A stretch of DNA of 60,401 nt from an uncultured Verrucomicrobiota bacterium (lineage in GTDB: Bacteria; Verrucomicrobiota; Verrucomicrobiia; Limisphaerales; UBA9464): the NCBI GenBank assembly GCA_903835555.1, contig CAILNN010000247.1:1-60401 (forward strand), in the 5' to 3' direction. This document shows positions 36,853 to 48,068 of the stretch, in pieces. Under the pieces are notes generated by a model, which did not search any database, was not told the DNA's origin, and saw nothing but the letters and a program-made list of their open reading frames with translations. Position numbers and translations under genes: made by a program. How positions within the stretch are numbered: position 1 is the first letter of the stretch; the number at the start of each line of letters is the position of its first letter.

Positions 36853-38139
36853 ATGACGATTTCCGCATCCGATAAAGTCGCCGAGAAGGTGTATTATTTT
36901 GACAACAACGCCACCACCCGGATCGCTCCCGAGGTGGTCGATGCGATGTTGCCCTTCCTTCGGGAATGGTGGGGCAACCCCAGCAGCGCCTATCGATTTG
37001 GTGCGACCGTTCATGGCCATGTCGAGGGTGCCCGTGAAAAAGTGGCGGCATTGATCAATGCCGATCCGAAGGAAGTCATTTTCACCAGCTGTGGCACGGA
37101 GTCCAACAACTCGGCCATCCATTCGGCCCTGTACATGAATCCGGGGAAGAAGCACGTCATCACCACCAAGGTGGAGCATTCGGCTAACATCAATTTCGGC
37201 GAGTACCTGCAGAAGCGTGGCTATGATGTCACCTACCTACCGGTCGAGAGCGACGGACTTCTAGATGTCCATTTGCTGGAGAAATCGATTCGTCCAGACA
37301 CGGCGATCGTTTCAGTGATGTACGCCAACAATGAAACGGGCGTCCTGTTCCCGATTGAAGAAATAGCCGCACTTTGCCGAAGCCGGGGTGTCCTGTTTCA
37401 CACCGACGCTGTACAAATGCCGGGAAAGGTCAAGTTGGACGTCAAGGCGCTGGGTGTCGATTTCCTCAGCCTCAGTGCTCATAAGCTTCACGCTCCCAAG
37501 GGGATAGGGATGTTGTACGTGAAACGCCGGACCAAGTATCAGCCCTACATCATCGGTGGGCATCAGGAAAAGGGGCGGCGCGGTGGCACGGAAAGCGTGC
37601 CCAATATCATTGCCTTTGGCCGGGCGGCGGAACTGGCGATGAGCACATTGGACGATGAGAATACCCGGGTGCGAGCGATGCGTGATCGCCTGGAGAATTT
37701 CATTCTCACTCGGATACCCAACACCGTGCGCAACGGGAACCGGGATCAACGATTGCCGAATACCGCCAATATCGCCTTCGATTTTGTCGAAGCAGAAGCC
37801 ATTCTCTTGCTTCTGGATCAATTGGGTATCTGCGCCAGTTCGGGAAGTGCCTGCACCACGGGTTCTTTGGACCCCTCCCACGTCCTGATGGCCATGGGAT
37901 TGCCTCCCATGCGCGCTCGCGGTTCCGTCCGATTCAGCTTGGGCATCTACAATACCGAGGATGAAGTAGATTACCTATGCCTCCACTTGCCGAAGATCAT
38001 CCAGAAGCTTCGGGATATTTCGCCGTTGAATCCGGACCATCCCGACAATGACCAATACGATATCGAGGCGGCACGGGAAAAGCATGAGTCGGATTTGGCC
38101 GAGGCTCTGGCCGAGGAATCGACCGCCGCCACCGCCTAA
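36853..38139 (+). CDS. nifS: group I cysteine desulfurase (NifS/IscS)
   Basis: YFDNNATT, GNPSS, FTSCGTES, HTDAVQ, SAHK, SSGSACT. Confidence 0.93.
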   Translation: MTISASDKVAEKVYYFDNNATTRIAPEVVDAMLPFLREWWGNPSSAYRFGATVHGHVEGAREKVAALINADPKEVIFTSCGTESNNSAIHSALYMNPGKKHVITTKVEHSANINFGEYLQKRGYDVTYLPVESDGLLDVHLLEKSIRPDTAIVSVMYANNETGVLFPIEEIAALCRSRGVLFHTDAVQMPGKVKLDVKALGVDFLSLSAHKLHAPKGIGMLYVKRRTKYQPYIIGGHQEKGRRGGTESVPNIIAFGRAAELAMSTLDDENTRVRAMRDRLENFILTRIPNTVRNGNRDQRLPNTANIAFDFVEAEAILLLLDQLGICASSGSACTTGSLDPSHVLMAMGLPPMRARGSVRFSLGIYNTEDEVDYLCLHLPKIIQKLRDISPLNPDHPDNDQYDIEAAREKHESDLAEALAEESTAATA

Positions 38140-38153
38140 AGGTAGCGCGAACA

Positions 38154-38774
38154 TTGCCACCCAAACTTCAATTCAGGCCTATCTCTGAGCGGACCCTCCC
38201 CGAGTTGGAAGCTCAGGTACGGGCCTGCACCCTCTGCGCAGCCCATCTTCCCCTTGGACCTCGTCCGGTTTTCCAAGTCTCTTCCACGGCACGCATTCTG
38301 ATTGCAGGGCAGGCACCGGGTCGGCGGGTTCACGAAACGGGCATTCCATTTAACGATCCGAGCGGGGACCGTTTGCGAACATGGATGGGAATTGACCGCG
38401 CCACATTTTACAACGCGGCCTGCATCGCCATTATTCCCATGGGATTCTGTTATCCCGGCACGGGAAAATCCGGCGACCTGCCGCCTCGTCCTGAATGTGC
38501 CGAAACTTGGAGAAAAGCACTTCTGGCCCAAATGGAGCAAGTTCAGTTGACCTTGGTCATTGGCCAATACGCGATGGATTGGCATTTGCCCAATCGAACG
38601 CAAGCCACGCTGACGGAGACGGTCCAAGCTTGGCGCACGTACCAGCCCATGATGTGGCCGATGCCTCATCCGAGTCCGCGTAACAACCTCTGGCTGAAAA
38701 AGAATCCGTGGTTTGAACGAGACGTTTTGCCGGAACTCCAGAGTCAGATCGCCAAGCTTTTGGTAACGACCTGA
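38154..38774 (+). CDS. uracil-DNA glycosylase superfamily protein
   Basis: CTLC, GQAPG, PFNDPSGDRLR, MGFCYPG, PHPSPRN. Confidence 0.9.
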   Translation: MPPKLQFRPISERTLPELEAQVRACTLCAAHLPLGPRPVFQVSSTARILIAGQAPGRRVHETGIPFNDPSGDRLRTWMGIDRATFYNAACIAIIPMGFCYPGTGKSGDLPPRPECAETWRKALLAQMEQVQLTLVIGQYAMDWHLPNRTQATLTETVQAWRTYQPMMWPMPHPSPRNNLWLKKNPWFERDVLPELQSQIAKLLVTT

Positions 38775-38938
38775 CCGTCCGCCAAGTCTTGAAATGCTGG
38801 TCCTCTGGCGCTTTGGTAGCGAGGATCGAACGGACGGCGAGTGCGCAAGCTTGCACGCAAGCTTGTCAGAGTTCGGGCAAAAGCGGTCTGCGAAACGTCC
38901 ACGGGACCGGAAGCGATCGCATCCCGCCCATCTATTGC

Positions 38939-41146
38939 CTATTTCCCCGGATTCTCCGAAGGCTTGGAGGCAATCGACTTTGCGCGGGTTACCAAGTCGA
39001 CCAATTCAGCGCGTGTGCCATCCACGTCAGATCCGATGCCGGATCGGGCCATTTCGAGGACCATATCAAAGGTCAATCCATCGTGTTCTTCGGTGTCTCG
39101 AAGGAGCAGGCCGAAGCCGGCCACTGCGGCGGAAAATTTGAAGTCGGCTGAAGCTTCTGAAAATGGCTTTGGTCTATCCGCGACTTCCACCGTGGTCATA
39201 ACCATTGCCTCCGACCGGTTAGTGGATGTCGCCAGGACATGAAGTCTCACAACGTCCCCTGAAGCTCCTACTACGCCGCCAAAGCCGCCCACATCGCCGA
39301 AAGCAAACGGTGGCGGTGAAAGCTCGAATAATGCGACATATTGATTTCCCTGGCGAATGGGGTTGAACTCAGCGGCTTCACTCCGTAGTGCCGGAGCAGC
39401 CGGATTCAGGCTCGCGGACGGCTCATTGGTCGAATCTGAAGAAACGAGGCGTCCAAGCGCTCGCCAACGGCCAAACTGGTTGGTGTTCCAACTCACTTCG
39501 GCAATGACTTTTTCAGCAACAGGCTCCCGCCGCCCTTGAGCCAATATTTCGGCGGCGCGAACGGCGTCGGCTTTGGTATCCGCCGTTGCCATTATCCCGT
39601 TGCCATAGCTGGCCCATTGAGCCAGTCGGGGAGTATCCTCAGGGTTCAACCCCAGCGCAATTATATCGAGTTGAACGCCCGCCTTTGCGCCATCCTGAAT
39701 GATTTTGGGTACGCGATTGGTTTCAGGCAGGCTTGCAAGAGACTCCTGCGTGACCAACATGACGGTGGGCCGTCCACCCGCAGTGCCTTCCAGACTTTCC
39801 GTGCTGACATAGGCTCGAGAGATGGCCGTTTCCACTCCCAGACCGTTGGTCGAGATGAATCGATTCGCATTGCCGTCCAAGGCTAGACCCGTGTCCGGCT
39901 TGGGGGAATTCGAACTTTGGGCGACCTCTTCCAAGAGCCGGGCGGCGGGGCGCTTCGCCGCGGCCATACCCCTGGTCATTGGCCTGGAGGCCTGGAGTAC
40001 CTCCCTTTCCAGAGATTTACCACGGTTGGCAGTCAACCACTGAGAGGTAGTACCACCCAACCATTCCAGTGAAAACCCGCTTGTCCTGTTGGTGGTTCCA
40101 TCAATTGCCAACATCAACCGTTTGTTTTTCGGACCTTCCTTCGATGGGTCACCCACCTGAATGGCCATGCGGAGCAAGGCGTGATGGGCATTCCATGGGC
40201 AGGTCGTCAACTCCAATCGAGCCGGATAAGCATTGGTTCCGCCAGGCGAATCACTCTCCAGGACGTCGTAGCGGAAGTAATTAATCATCTCCTCCAGACG
40301 AACGAATTCCGGCAATGGCCGTAATCCCTCCAGGATTCGCGATCGTATGAGCCGATAGCTGCTGTCGTCGAAGCTCTCTAAAACAGCCGCAGGAGCGAAG
40401 CTTGAATCCTGGTAGTTTAACCCGGACAACAACTGTTCAGGGGCTTGGTAGGCAAGACTGGTGGTCTCGGATGGGGGCGGTTTGGCTATCATGGCCAACG
40501 CTGGCATCGGTGCGCCCGCGCTCGCAGCCAAGACGGATGGGGTATTGGAGATGGCCCCCAACAATTCGACTGCATTTGAAATATCCGCCTTGGCAGCGAC
40601 TTCGGAAAACCTGGCTCCGCCCATAGTTTGGTTCGGCGGTCCGCCCACCCCTGCGGTTTGACCCTCGCGGCCCGGTTCCAACTGAAAACGACGGGCAACA
40701 GTTTTGACTTGGCCGTCGACGTTGCCGCGCGGCTCGGGTCCGGGATTGGAGAGTGACATTTCCCCCAACGGGCGGGTTGGGCCATTCCAATAAAAGAGAC
40801 AGACGAGGGCAACTGCGGCCGCCGAGGACAAGCCGATCGCCCAACCAGTCCAGGGAAACCAACTGGGTTCAGGAGCTGACCACGAGCGAATTCGGTACCC
40901 AAGACGCTGCTTTTTCGGGGTTTTCCGGCTCTCGAGGATGCGGCGTCGACGCTCCGCACTCAGCTCCCAGGCCGGCTCGGACCCCAAGACCAATCCGATA
41001 GTCTTCGTTAACGTCCGGAGGTGTTCCACCTCCGCTTGCAGGTCGGGCCGGGAGGAAACAATGGCTTCGACCTCCCGGCGTTCGGTTTCGGGCAGCTCGC
41101 CCAACACCAATGCCGTCAATTCCGGTGATTCAGGGGTCAAATTCAT
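38939..41146 (-). CDS. anti-sigma-like membrane protein with YfbK/VWA-related extracytoplasmic domain
   Basis: N-terminal LTALVLGEL...EVE, TM, VRLEEMINYF, CPWN, DFKFSAAVAGFG; ATGA-coupled to the ECF sigma gene. Confidence 0.8.
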   Translation of the reverse strand: MNLTPESPELTALVLGELPETERREVEAIVSSRPDLQAEVEHLRTLTKTIGLVLGSEPAWELSAERRRRILESRKTPKKQRLGYRIRSWSAPEPSWFPWTGWAIGLSSAAAVALVCLFYWNGPTRPLGEMSLSNPGPEPRGNVDGQVKTVARRFQLEPGREGQTAGVGGPPNQTMGGARFSEVAAKADISNAVELLGAISNTPSVLAASAGAPMPALAMIAKPPPSETTSLAYQAPEQLLSGLNYQDSSFAPAAVLESFDDSSYRLIRSRILEGLRPLPEFVRLEEMINYFRYDVLESDSPGGTNAYPARLELTTCPWNAHHALLRMAIQVGDPSKEGPKNKRLMLAIDGTTNRTSGFSLEWLGGTTSQWLTANRGKSLEREVLQASRPMTRGMAAAKRPAARLLEEVAQSSNSPKPDTGLALDGNANRFISTNGLGVETAISRAYVSTESLEGTAGGRPTVMLVTQESLASLPETNRVPKIIQDGAKAGVQLDIIALGLNPEDTPRLAQWASYGNGIMATADTKADAVRAAEILAQGRREPVAEKVIAEVSWNTNQFGRWRALGRLVSSDSTNEPSASLNPAAPALRSEAAEFNPIRQGNQYVALFELSPPPFAFGDVGGFGGVVGASGDVVRLHVLATSTNRSEAMVMTTVEVADRPKPFSEASADFKFSAAVAGFGLLLRDTEEHDGLTFDMVLEMARSGIGSDVDGTRAELVDLVTRAKSIASKPSENPGK

Positions 41147-41748
41147 GATACCTTCGAAAGGGAATTCTCCATCTTTGCCGTCTGGGTCCTCCCCGGTCGG
41201 TCCAGTGTTTCCAACCGCTGACGCAACGACTTGAGTGCGGTATGCAGGAGGAAGCCGACATTGGTCGCGGTCAACTGGGTGACATCAGCGATTTCCTGAT
41301 AACTAAGTTGGGATTGAAATTTCAGCCGGATGACCTCCCGTTGATTGGGAGGGAGGTTTTCGAGCAACTGCAACACCCGAGCATATAGGTCACGTTGTTC
41401 AGTCGCTTCCGAAGGAGAGGGAGTGTTGGCAGGCGTCTGGTTCATTTCCTCCTCGGTCAACTCAACCATTCGGTTTGATTTTCGGAGAATGTCCAAAGTG
41501 CGATTACGACAAACGGTGTACAACCATCGGGCGAGGTAGGGTGCGACCGTTTCCCGTTTTTGCTCACACAGCTTGAGGAAGGTGTCTTGCACGATATCCT
41601 GAGCGGTCTCGGCATTTTGGGTTAACGAAAAGGCATAGCGCAGCAGCGGTCCTTCGTGGCACGCAAGAGCATCCCGAATCCAATCGTCGGGGTCACTGGG
41701 TGCACGTTCGGTCATGCTCCGGGAAGGCTGTGGCTCCATTCCGCTCAT
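41143..41748 (-). CDS. ECF RNA polymerase sigma factor
   Basis: AQDIVQDTFLKL, WLYTVCRN, LPPNQREVIRL, SYQEIA. Confidence 0.93.
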   Translation of the reverse strand: MSGMEPQPSRSMTERAPSDPDDWIRDALACHEGPLLRYAFSLTQNAETAQDIVQDTFLKLCEQKRETVAPYLARWLYTVCRNRTLDILRKSNRMVELTEEEMNQTPANTPSPSEATEQRDLYARVLQLLENLPPNQREVIRLKFQSQLSYQEIADVTQLTATNVGFLLHTALKSLRQRLETLDRPGRTQTAKMENSLSKVS

Positions 41749-41915
41749 GATGAATAACGGAGAAAGCTGCGGTTCATTAGGTCGCCGGACAAAAATATCT
41801 CCGGGTCATCTACGGATCCTCAGGATGTCCAACAGAGGACCGCGAACCTAAACGGGAAACAGTCCCGAACACGATTCCAAGGCTTGACCCGTGGCGCTTC
41901 GGGTCCATTATTACC

Positions 41916-42012
41916 ACTGTTGTGGGGAGCCGTTGTTGCACGGCTGAGAGTTCCAGCAAACTGGATGACCCGTTGAACCTGCTCCGGGTAATGCCGGCGA
42001 AGGGAAACCCTC
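41916..42012 (+). ncRNA. TPP riboswitch
   Basis: GGGGAGCC...GGCTGAGAG...ACCCGTTGAACCTG...GGGTAATGCC.GCGAAGGGA upstream of thiC; boundaries approximate. Confidence 0.93.
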
Positions 42013-42182
42013 GGAATCCTGGAGCACCGTATTGTCATATCCTATCACAAATGGTGTGCCCAAAGGGGCTTTTTCGTCGTTGCCGAAATCGTTATTGCCC
42101 AAAATCTAATCTGACCGTTCCGCCAGGATTCGGTCGAACCGTACCATTCAAGTTCGGGCCACTAGGCACGAGGCATCGCTGA

Positions 42183-44174
<1,992 letters not shown>

Positions 44175-44222
44175 TTCGATTGGTGGTCGTGAAAACCGAC
44201 CGTATCCGCTCCAAGCGCTTCC

Positions 44223-45329
44223 ATGATTCGTTGCCAAGCCGCAATTGCCGACGGGTTCGGGCGATTTGAGGTGGATACCATTGAGGTTGGAGACCCAACG
44301 GATGACGAGGTGCTCGTCCAGCTCCAAGCTTCCGGCATTTGCCACACCGACCATGCCTCGCTCCAATGGGGGCGTCCGTTGATCATGGGACATGAAGGCG
44401 CGGGGATTGTGCGAGCTACGGGCCCTTTGGTCAGCGAATTTTCAGCCGGAGACCCAGTGGTTCTTAACTGGGCCATTCCCTGCGGTACCTGCTTCCAATG
44501 CGTACGGGGTGCTCAAGTCTTGTGTGAGACCAGCCGCCCGGCACATGTTTTGCAACGGTCTGCCGGTCACGCTCGACCGGATGGAACGCTTTGGCAATCC
44601 CAGCCTATCGATCGATCGTTCAACTTGGGCACCTTGTCTGAATGGACTCTGGTTCGTTCGGCTGCCTTGACCCGAATTCCTCCCGGAGTTCCTTTTTCAT
44701 CGGCCGCAATCGTGGGCTGCGGTGTCATGACTGGATTTGGGTCCTTGACCAATGTTGCCCGACCCCAGCCCGGGGACCGTATTGTGGTGCTGGGCTGCGG
44801 CGGAGTTGGATTAAATATCATCCAAGCGGCTCGCTTGGCCGAGTGTGGTCGAATCATCGCGCTGGACCAGCGGTCGGCGGGGCTCGAACGTGCCCGCGAT
44901 TTTGGTGCTACGCATGTTATTCAAGTTTCGCCCGATGATAATACCCTCGCGGAGGTTGTGCGTCGGGTAATGGATTGGACGGAAGGGCGCGGCGCTGACT
45001 TTGCTTTCGAGGCCACGAGTGTTCCCCGACTAGCGTTTGCTCCCCTACGATTCGTGCGCGACGGAGGGATGGCTCTGCAAGTCAGTGGAATCAATGAATC
45101 GGTAACTGGCGAAATGCCGGACTTCATGTGGAACAAGACCTACCTCACTCCACTTTATGGCGATTGTGTTCCGTCGCGGGATTTTCCGCGGATTTTTCGC
45201 CATTATTTGCGTGGAGAGTTAAGACTCGACGAGTTGGTAACCCGCACCTATCAGTTGGGGGAGTTGGCGAACGCCTTGAATGATATGATGGAGGGACGCA
45301 ATGCCAAGGGTGTCATCCTTTTTGACTAG
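44223..45329 (+). CDS. Zn-dependent alcohol dehydrogenase (class III-like)
   Basis: GICHTD, GHEGAG, CGTCFQC...C, GCGVMTG, GCGGVG. Confidence 0.9.
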   Translation: MIRCQAAIADGFGRFEVDTIEVGDPTDDEVLVQLQASGICHTDHASLQWGRPLIMGHEGAGIVRATGPLVSEFSAGDPVVLNWAIPCGTCFQCVRGAQVLCETSRPAHVLQRSAGHARPDGTLWQSQPIDRSFNLGTLSEWTLVRSAALTRIPPGVPFSSAAIVGCGVMTGFGSLTNVARPQPGDRIVVLGCGGVGLNIIQAARLAECGRIIALDQRSAGLERARDFGATHVIQVSPDDNTLAEVVRRVMDWTEGRGADFAFEATSVPRLAFAPLRFVRDGGMALQVSGINESVTGEMPDFMWNKTYLTPLYGDCVPSRDFPRIFRHYLRGELRLDELVTRTYQLGELANALNDMMEGRNAKGVILFD

Positions 45330-45347
45330 GACGGGTCGCCAAAATGC

Positions 45348-46181
45348 ATGAACGGTTCGTTTCGTACGGTCGAAATTTCTGACCCCCGCTTTGAACGCGA
45401 TGGTTTCCGGCAGGTAACGGTCAAGAGTCCGGCTCTGAGACATCGGGCTGACATAACCATCTGGAAGCCCAACGCCCCTAAAGGCGACAGACCTCGGGCA
45501 TTGGTTATTCTGCTCCACGGAGTATATGGTTCCCATTGGGGGTGGGCATTGAAAGGAGGAGTCCACCTGAAAGCCGCCTCGCTCATGGACCGCAGGGATA
45601 TTCCACCCATGGTCTTGGCCATGCCCAGTGACGGACTTTGGGGCGATGGCTCGGGATACGTCCCCCATGCGGAAGCTGATTACGAGCGTTGGATCATCGA
45701 TGAGGTCCCTGCTGCAGCCCGTTTGGCCGTCGATGGACTTGACCGATCCACTCCTCTATTTCTTGCCGGTCTCAGCATGGGGGGATTCGGTGCTCTGCGG
45801 ATGGGTGCCAAATATCGGCGTGCGTGCGCCGGAATGTCGGGCCATTCATCGGTGACCCGCATCCGTGATCTGGATGATTTCATCATTGAATCACGAGGGG
45901 GATGGAGCCGGGATGCGGACGATGAATCGGTTATGGCAGCCATGACCAGCGGACGGGGAGCTCTGCCGCCCTTTCGTTTCGACTGCGGGACGGAAGACCC
46001 TCTGCTGACACCCAACCGTAAACTTCATCGCGAATTGGAAACGGCGGGGATACGACATCGATACGAGGAGTTTTCGGGTGGACATAATTGGCCCTACTGG
46101 GAGAAACATGTGGTGGACTCGTTAACGTTTTTCGCAGAAGTACTGACCGGGAAAGAAATAACGTTTGAAAATGGGCTGTGA
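45348..46181 (+). CDS. alpha/beta hydrolase esterase (S-formylglutathione hydrolase-like family)
   Basis: LLHG, GLSMGG, DCGTED, GGHNWPYW. Confidence 0.88.
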   Translation: MNGSFRTVEISDPRFERDGFRQVTVKSPALRHRADITIWKPNAPKGDRPRALVILLHGVYGSHWGWALKGGVHLKAASLMDRRDIPPMVLAMPSDGLWGDGSGYVPHAEADYERWIIDEVPAAARLAVDGLDRSTPLFLAGLSMGGFGALRMGAKYRRACAGMSGHSSVTRIRDLDDFIIESRGGWSRDADDESVMAAMTSGRGALPPFRFDCGTEDPLLTPNRKLHRELETAGIRHRYEEFSGGHNWPYWEKHVVDSLTFFAEVLTGKEITFENGL

Positions 46182-46242
46182 CCGTCCAATTGGGACGAAT
46201 CACAAAATAGCCAACAAAAAGTGTCGGTTTTTAGAAACTCAC

Positions 46243-46290
46243 TTGACTGCTTGTTCTCTTTTCGGACAATAAGTTCAGTTGGAATTGAAC
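46243..46290 (+). promoter_or_regulatory. candidate sigma70 promoter and palindromic operator of the polysaccharide locus
   Basis: TTGACT(46243)-N16-GACAAT followed by the imperfect palindrome GTTCAGTTGGAATTGAAC (46273-46290) in an AT-rich intergenic region. Confidence 0.45.
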
Positions 46291-46498
46291 GTTTTAGTCA
46301 AACAACGTTTTTAGGCCTCCTCCGTTGAATTTCACTTGGATAATGCGATATCCGAAGTGACCGGCACGAAGTGTCAAAATCTGAAATCATCCGATAACAA
46401 TCTCCTCTCACCTGAAAAAGGTGAATTAACGCGCAAAGGTTTGCCGTTACGACACCAACTTTGTCGCCCTTTCCAGTTTTGCATCCAGTGAATGCACC

Positions 46499-47422
46499 AT
46501 GAAGCCTGTTGCTTTTCTCGTTTTCAATCGCCCCGATTGTACCGCCAAGACCTTTGCCGCAATTCGGGAGGCACGACCAAAAAAGTTGTTTGTCGTCGCA
46601 GATGGACCGCGCCCGTCGCGACCTGAGGATCAAGAGAGGTGCCAATTGGTCCGGAAAATCATCGATGAAGGTGTCGACTGGCCATGCGAGGTGCATCGCA
46701 ACTATGCCGAAAAAAACATGGGTTGCGGGCGACGGGTGGCAAGCGGGCTGGACTGGGCCTTTGGTCAAAACGAAAAGTTGATCATCATCGAAGATGATAT
46801 CCTCCCAGATCTTTCGTTCTTTGCCTTTTGTGACGAACTCCTGGATCGCTACGAAAACGACCAACGCGTCGGCCAGATTTCGGCCAGTCCATTTATCTGC
46901 AACCAAATCGATCGTCCTCATAGCTACATTTTCAGTCGGTATGGGTCCATCTGGGGCTGGGCTTCGTGGGCGCGCGCCTGGAAATATTACAGCTTTACCA
47001 TGGATTCGTGGCCTGAAATCAAGAACGACCCTGATTTCAGGACATTTATTCCGCTCGGACTCGAACGTCGTTTCAAGCGTATCACATACCAACAGTTGCG
47101 GGACTTTGAGATCGACACATGGGATTTGCAGTGGGGATATGCCAAGATGTCGAATTCGATGGTTTCCGTCGTGCCAACCCGCAATCTAATCGCCAACATC
47201 GGCTTTTCATCCGACGCAACGCATACTTTTGATTCCTCGCAAAATATCCTTAAGCCCGCACGTATGGAGTTCCCATTAAGGCATCCGCCTCGGGTTCTCT
47301 CCGACGGCCAGTTCGTGGAGGATTTTTCAATCTCCTGCGTGCCCGCAGGCTGGAAAAGATCCTTTGCCCGCCTTCTTTGCCGTTTTGATCGACTGCTCGC
47401 GCGAGACCGCTTCGGCCGATAG
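46499..47422 (+). CDS. GT-A fold glycosyltransferase (GT2-like)
   Basis: VFNRPD, ADGPR, NMGC, IIIEDD, IWGWASW, DTWDLQW, NIGF. Confidence 0.87.
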   Translation: MKPVAFLVFNRPDCTAKTFAAIREARPKKLFVVADGPRPSRPEDQERCQLVRKIIDEGVDWPCEVHRNYAEKNMGCGRRVASGLDWAFGQNEKLIIIEDDILPDLSFFAFCDELLDRYENDQRVGQISASPFICNQIDRPHSYIFSRYGSIWGWASWARAWKYYSFTMDSWPEIKNDPDFRTFIPLGLERRFKRITYQQLRDFEIDTWDLQWGYAKMSNSMVSVVPTRNLIANIGFSSDATHTFDSSQNILKPARMEFPLRHPPRVLSDGQFVEDFSISCVPAGWKRSFARLLCRFDRLLARDRFGR

Positions 47423-47492
47423 ACGGGTTCCGTTCCGAATCAAACGGCAACGACAAACCATACAGGACACTTCCCATTGGAGGTGACGTTGG

Positions 47493-47990
47493 ATGAGCAC
47501 GGAAATAATATTGGGAAAGACAAAACTCGGCTTTATTGAGAGCGCCGGGAACCTCTTCCAAAATGTTGGTATTCCCCGGACGACCGGGCAGATTTACGGT
47601 TTGCTCTACCTCTCGCCCAAAGCGCTCTCACTCGACGACATGGCGGCTCAACTGAGTATCAGCAAGGCGAGTGCGAGCGGGGGAAGCCGCCAACTGCTCG
47701 GGTGGCAGGCCATACGTCAGGTCTGGATACCGGGCGAACGGCGCGACTTCTTTGAGGTAAGAGGGGAGCTGGGCGATGTTCTGAGGTCTGTTTACGAAAA
47801 CGTTTTCCGCGCCAAGATCGAAAAATCAAGCCGTAAGATTAAGGACCTGATGATTACCCTCGAGGCAGAACGAAAGAGTGGAGTGTTGAATGAAGAAGCC
47901 TTTAAACACTGCCAGGGACGACTTCGTGAGTTGGAAACGATTCAAAGTCGCCTGAATCTGGTTCTTCCGCTCTTGGAGAAGCTTATGTGA
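47493..47990 (+). CDS. GbsR/MarR family transcriptional regulator
   Basis: GIPRTTGQIYGLLYLS, LSISKASAS, PGERRDFF. Confidence 0.88.
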   Translation: MSTEIILGKTKLGFIESAGNLFQNVGIPRTTGQIYGLLYLSPKALSLDDMAAQLSISKASASGGSRQLLGWQAIRQVWIPGERRDFFEVRGELGDVLRSVYENVFRAKIEKSSRKIKDLMITLEAERKSGVLNEEAFKHCQGRLRELETIQSRLNLVLPLLEKLM

Positions 47991-48068
47991 CGGTTCACGG
48001 ACTCTGGCGTTAGCGGTGGCCGCGATTTGGCCCTCCAGGGACGTCTACCACTATCAATACATCAGCCC

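Noticed and set aside
46298-47092. 264-aa minus-strand ORF and similar long shadow ORFs (8068..8868, 10023..10964, 21969..22916)
   Set aside because: Antisense shadows of confidently identified genes, expected at high GC.
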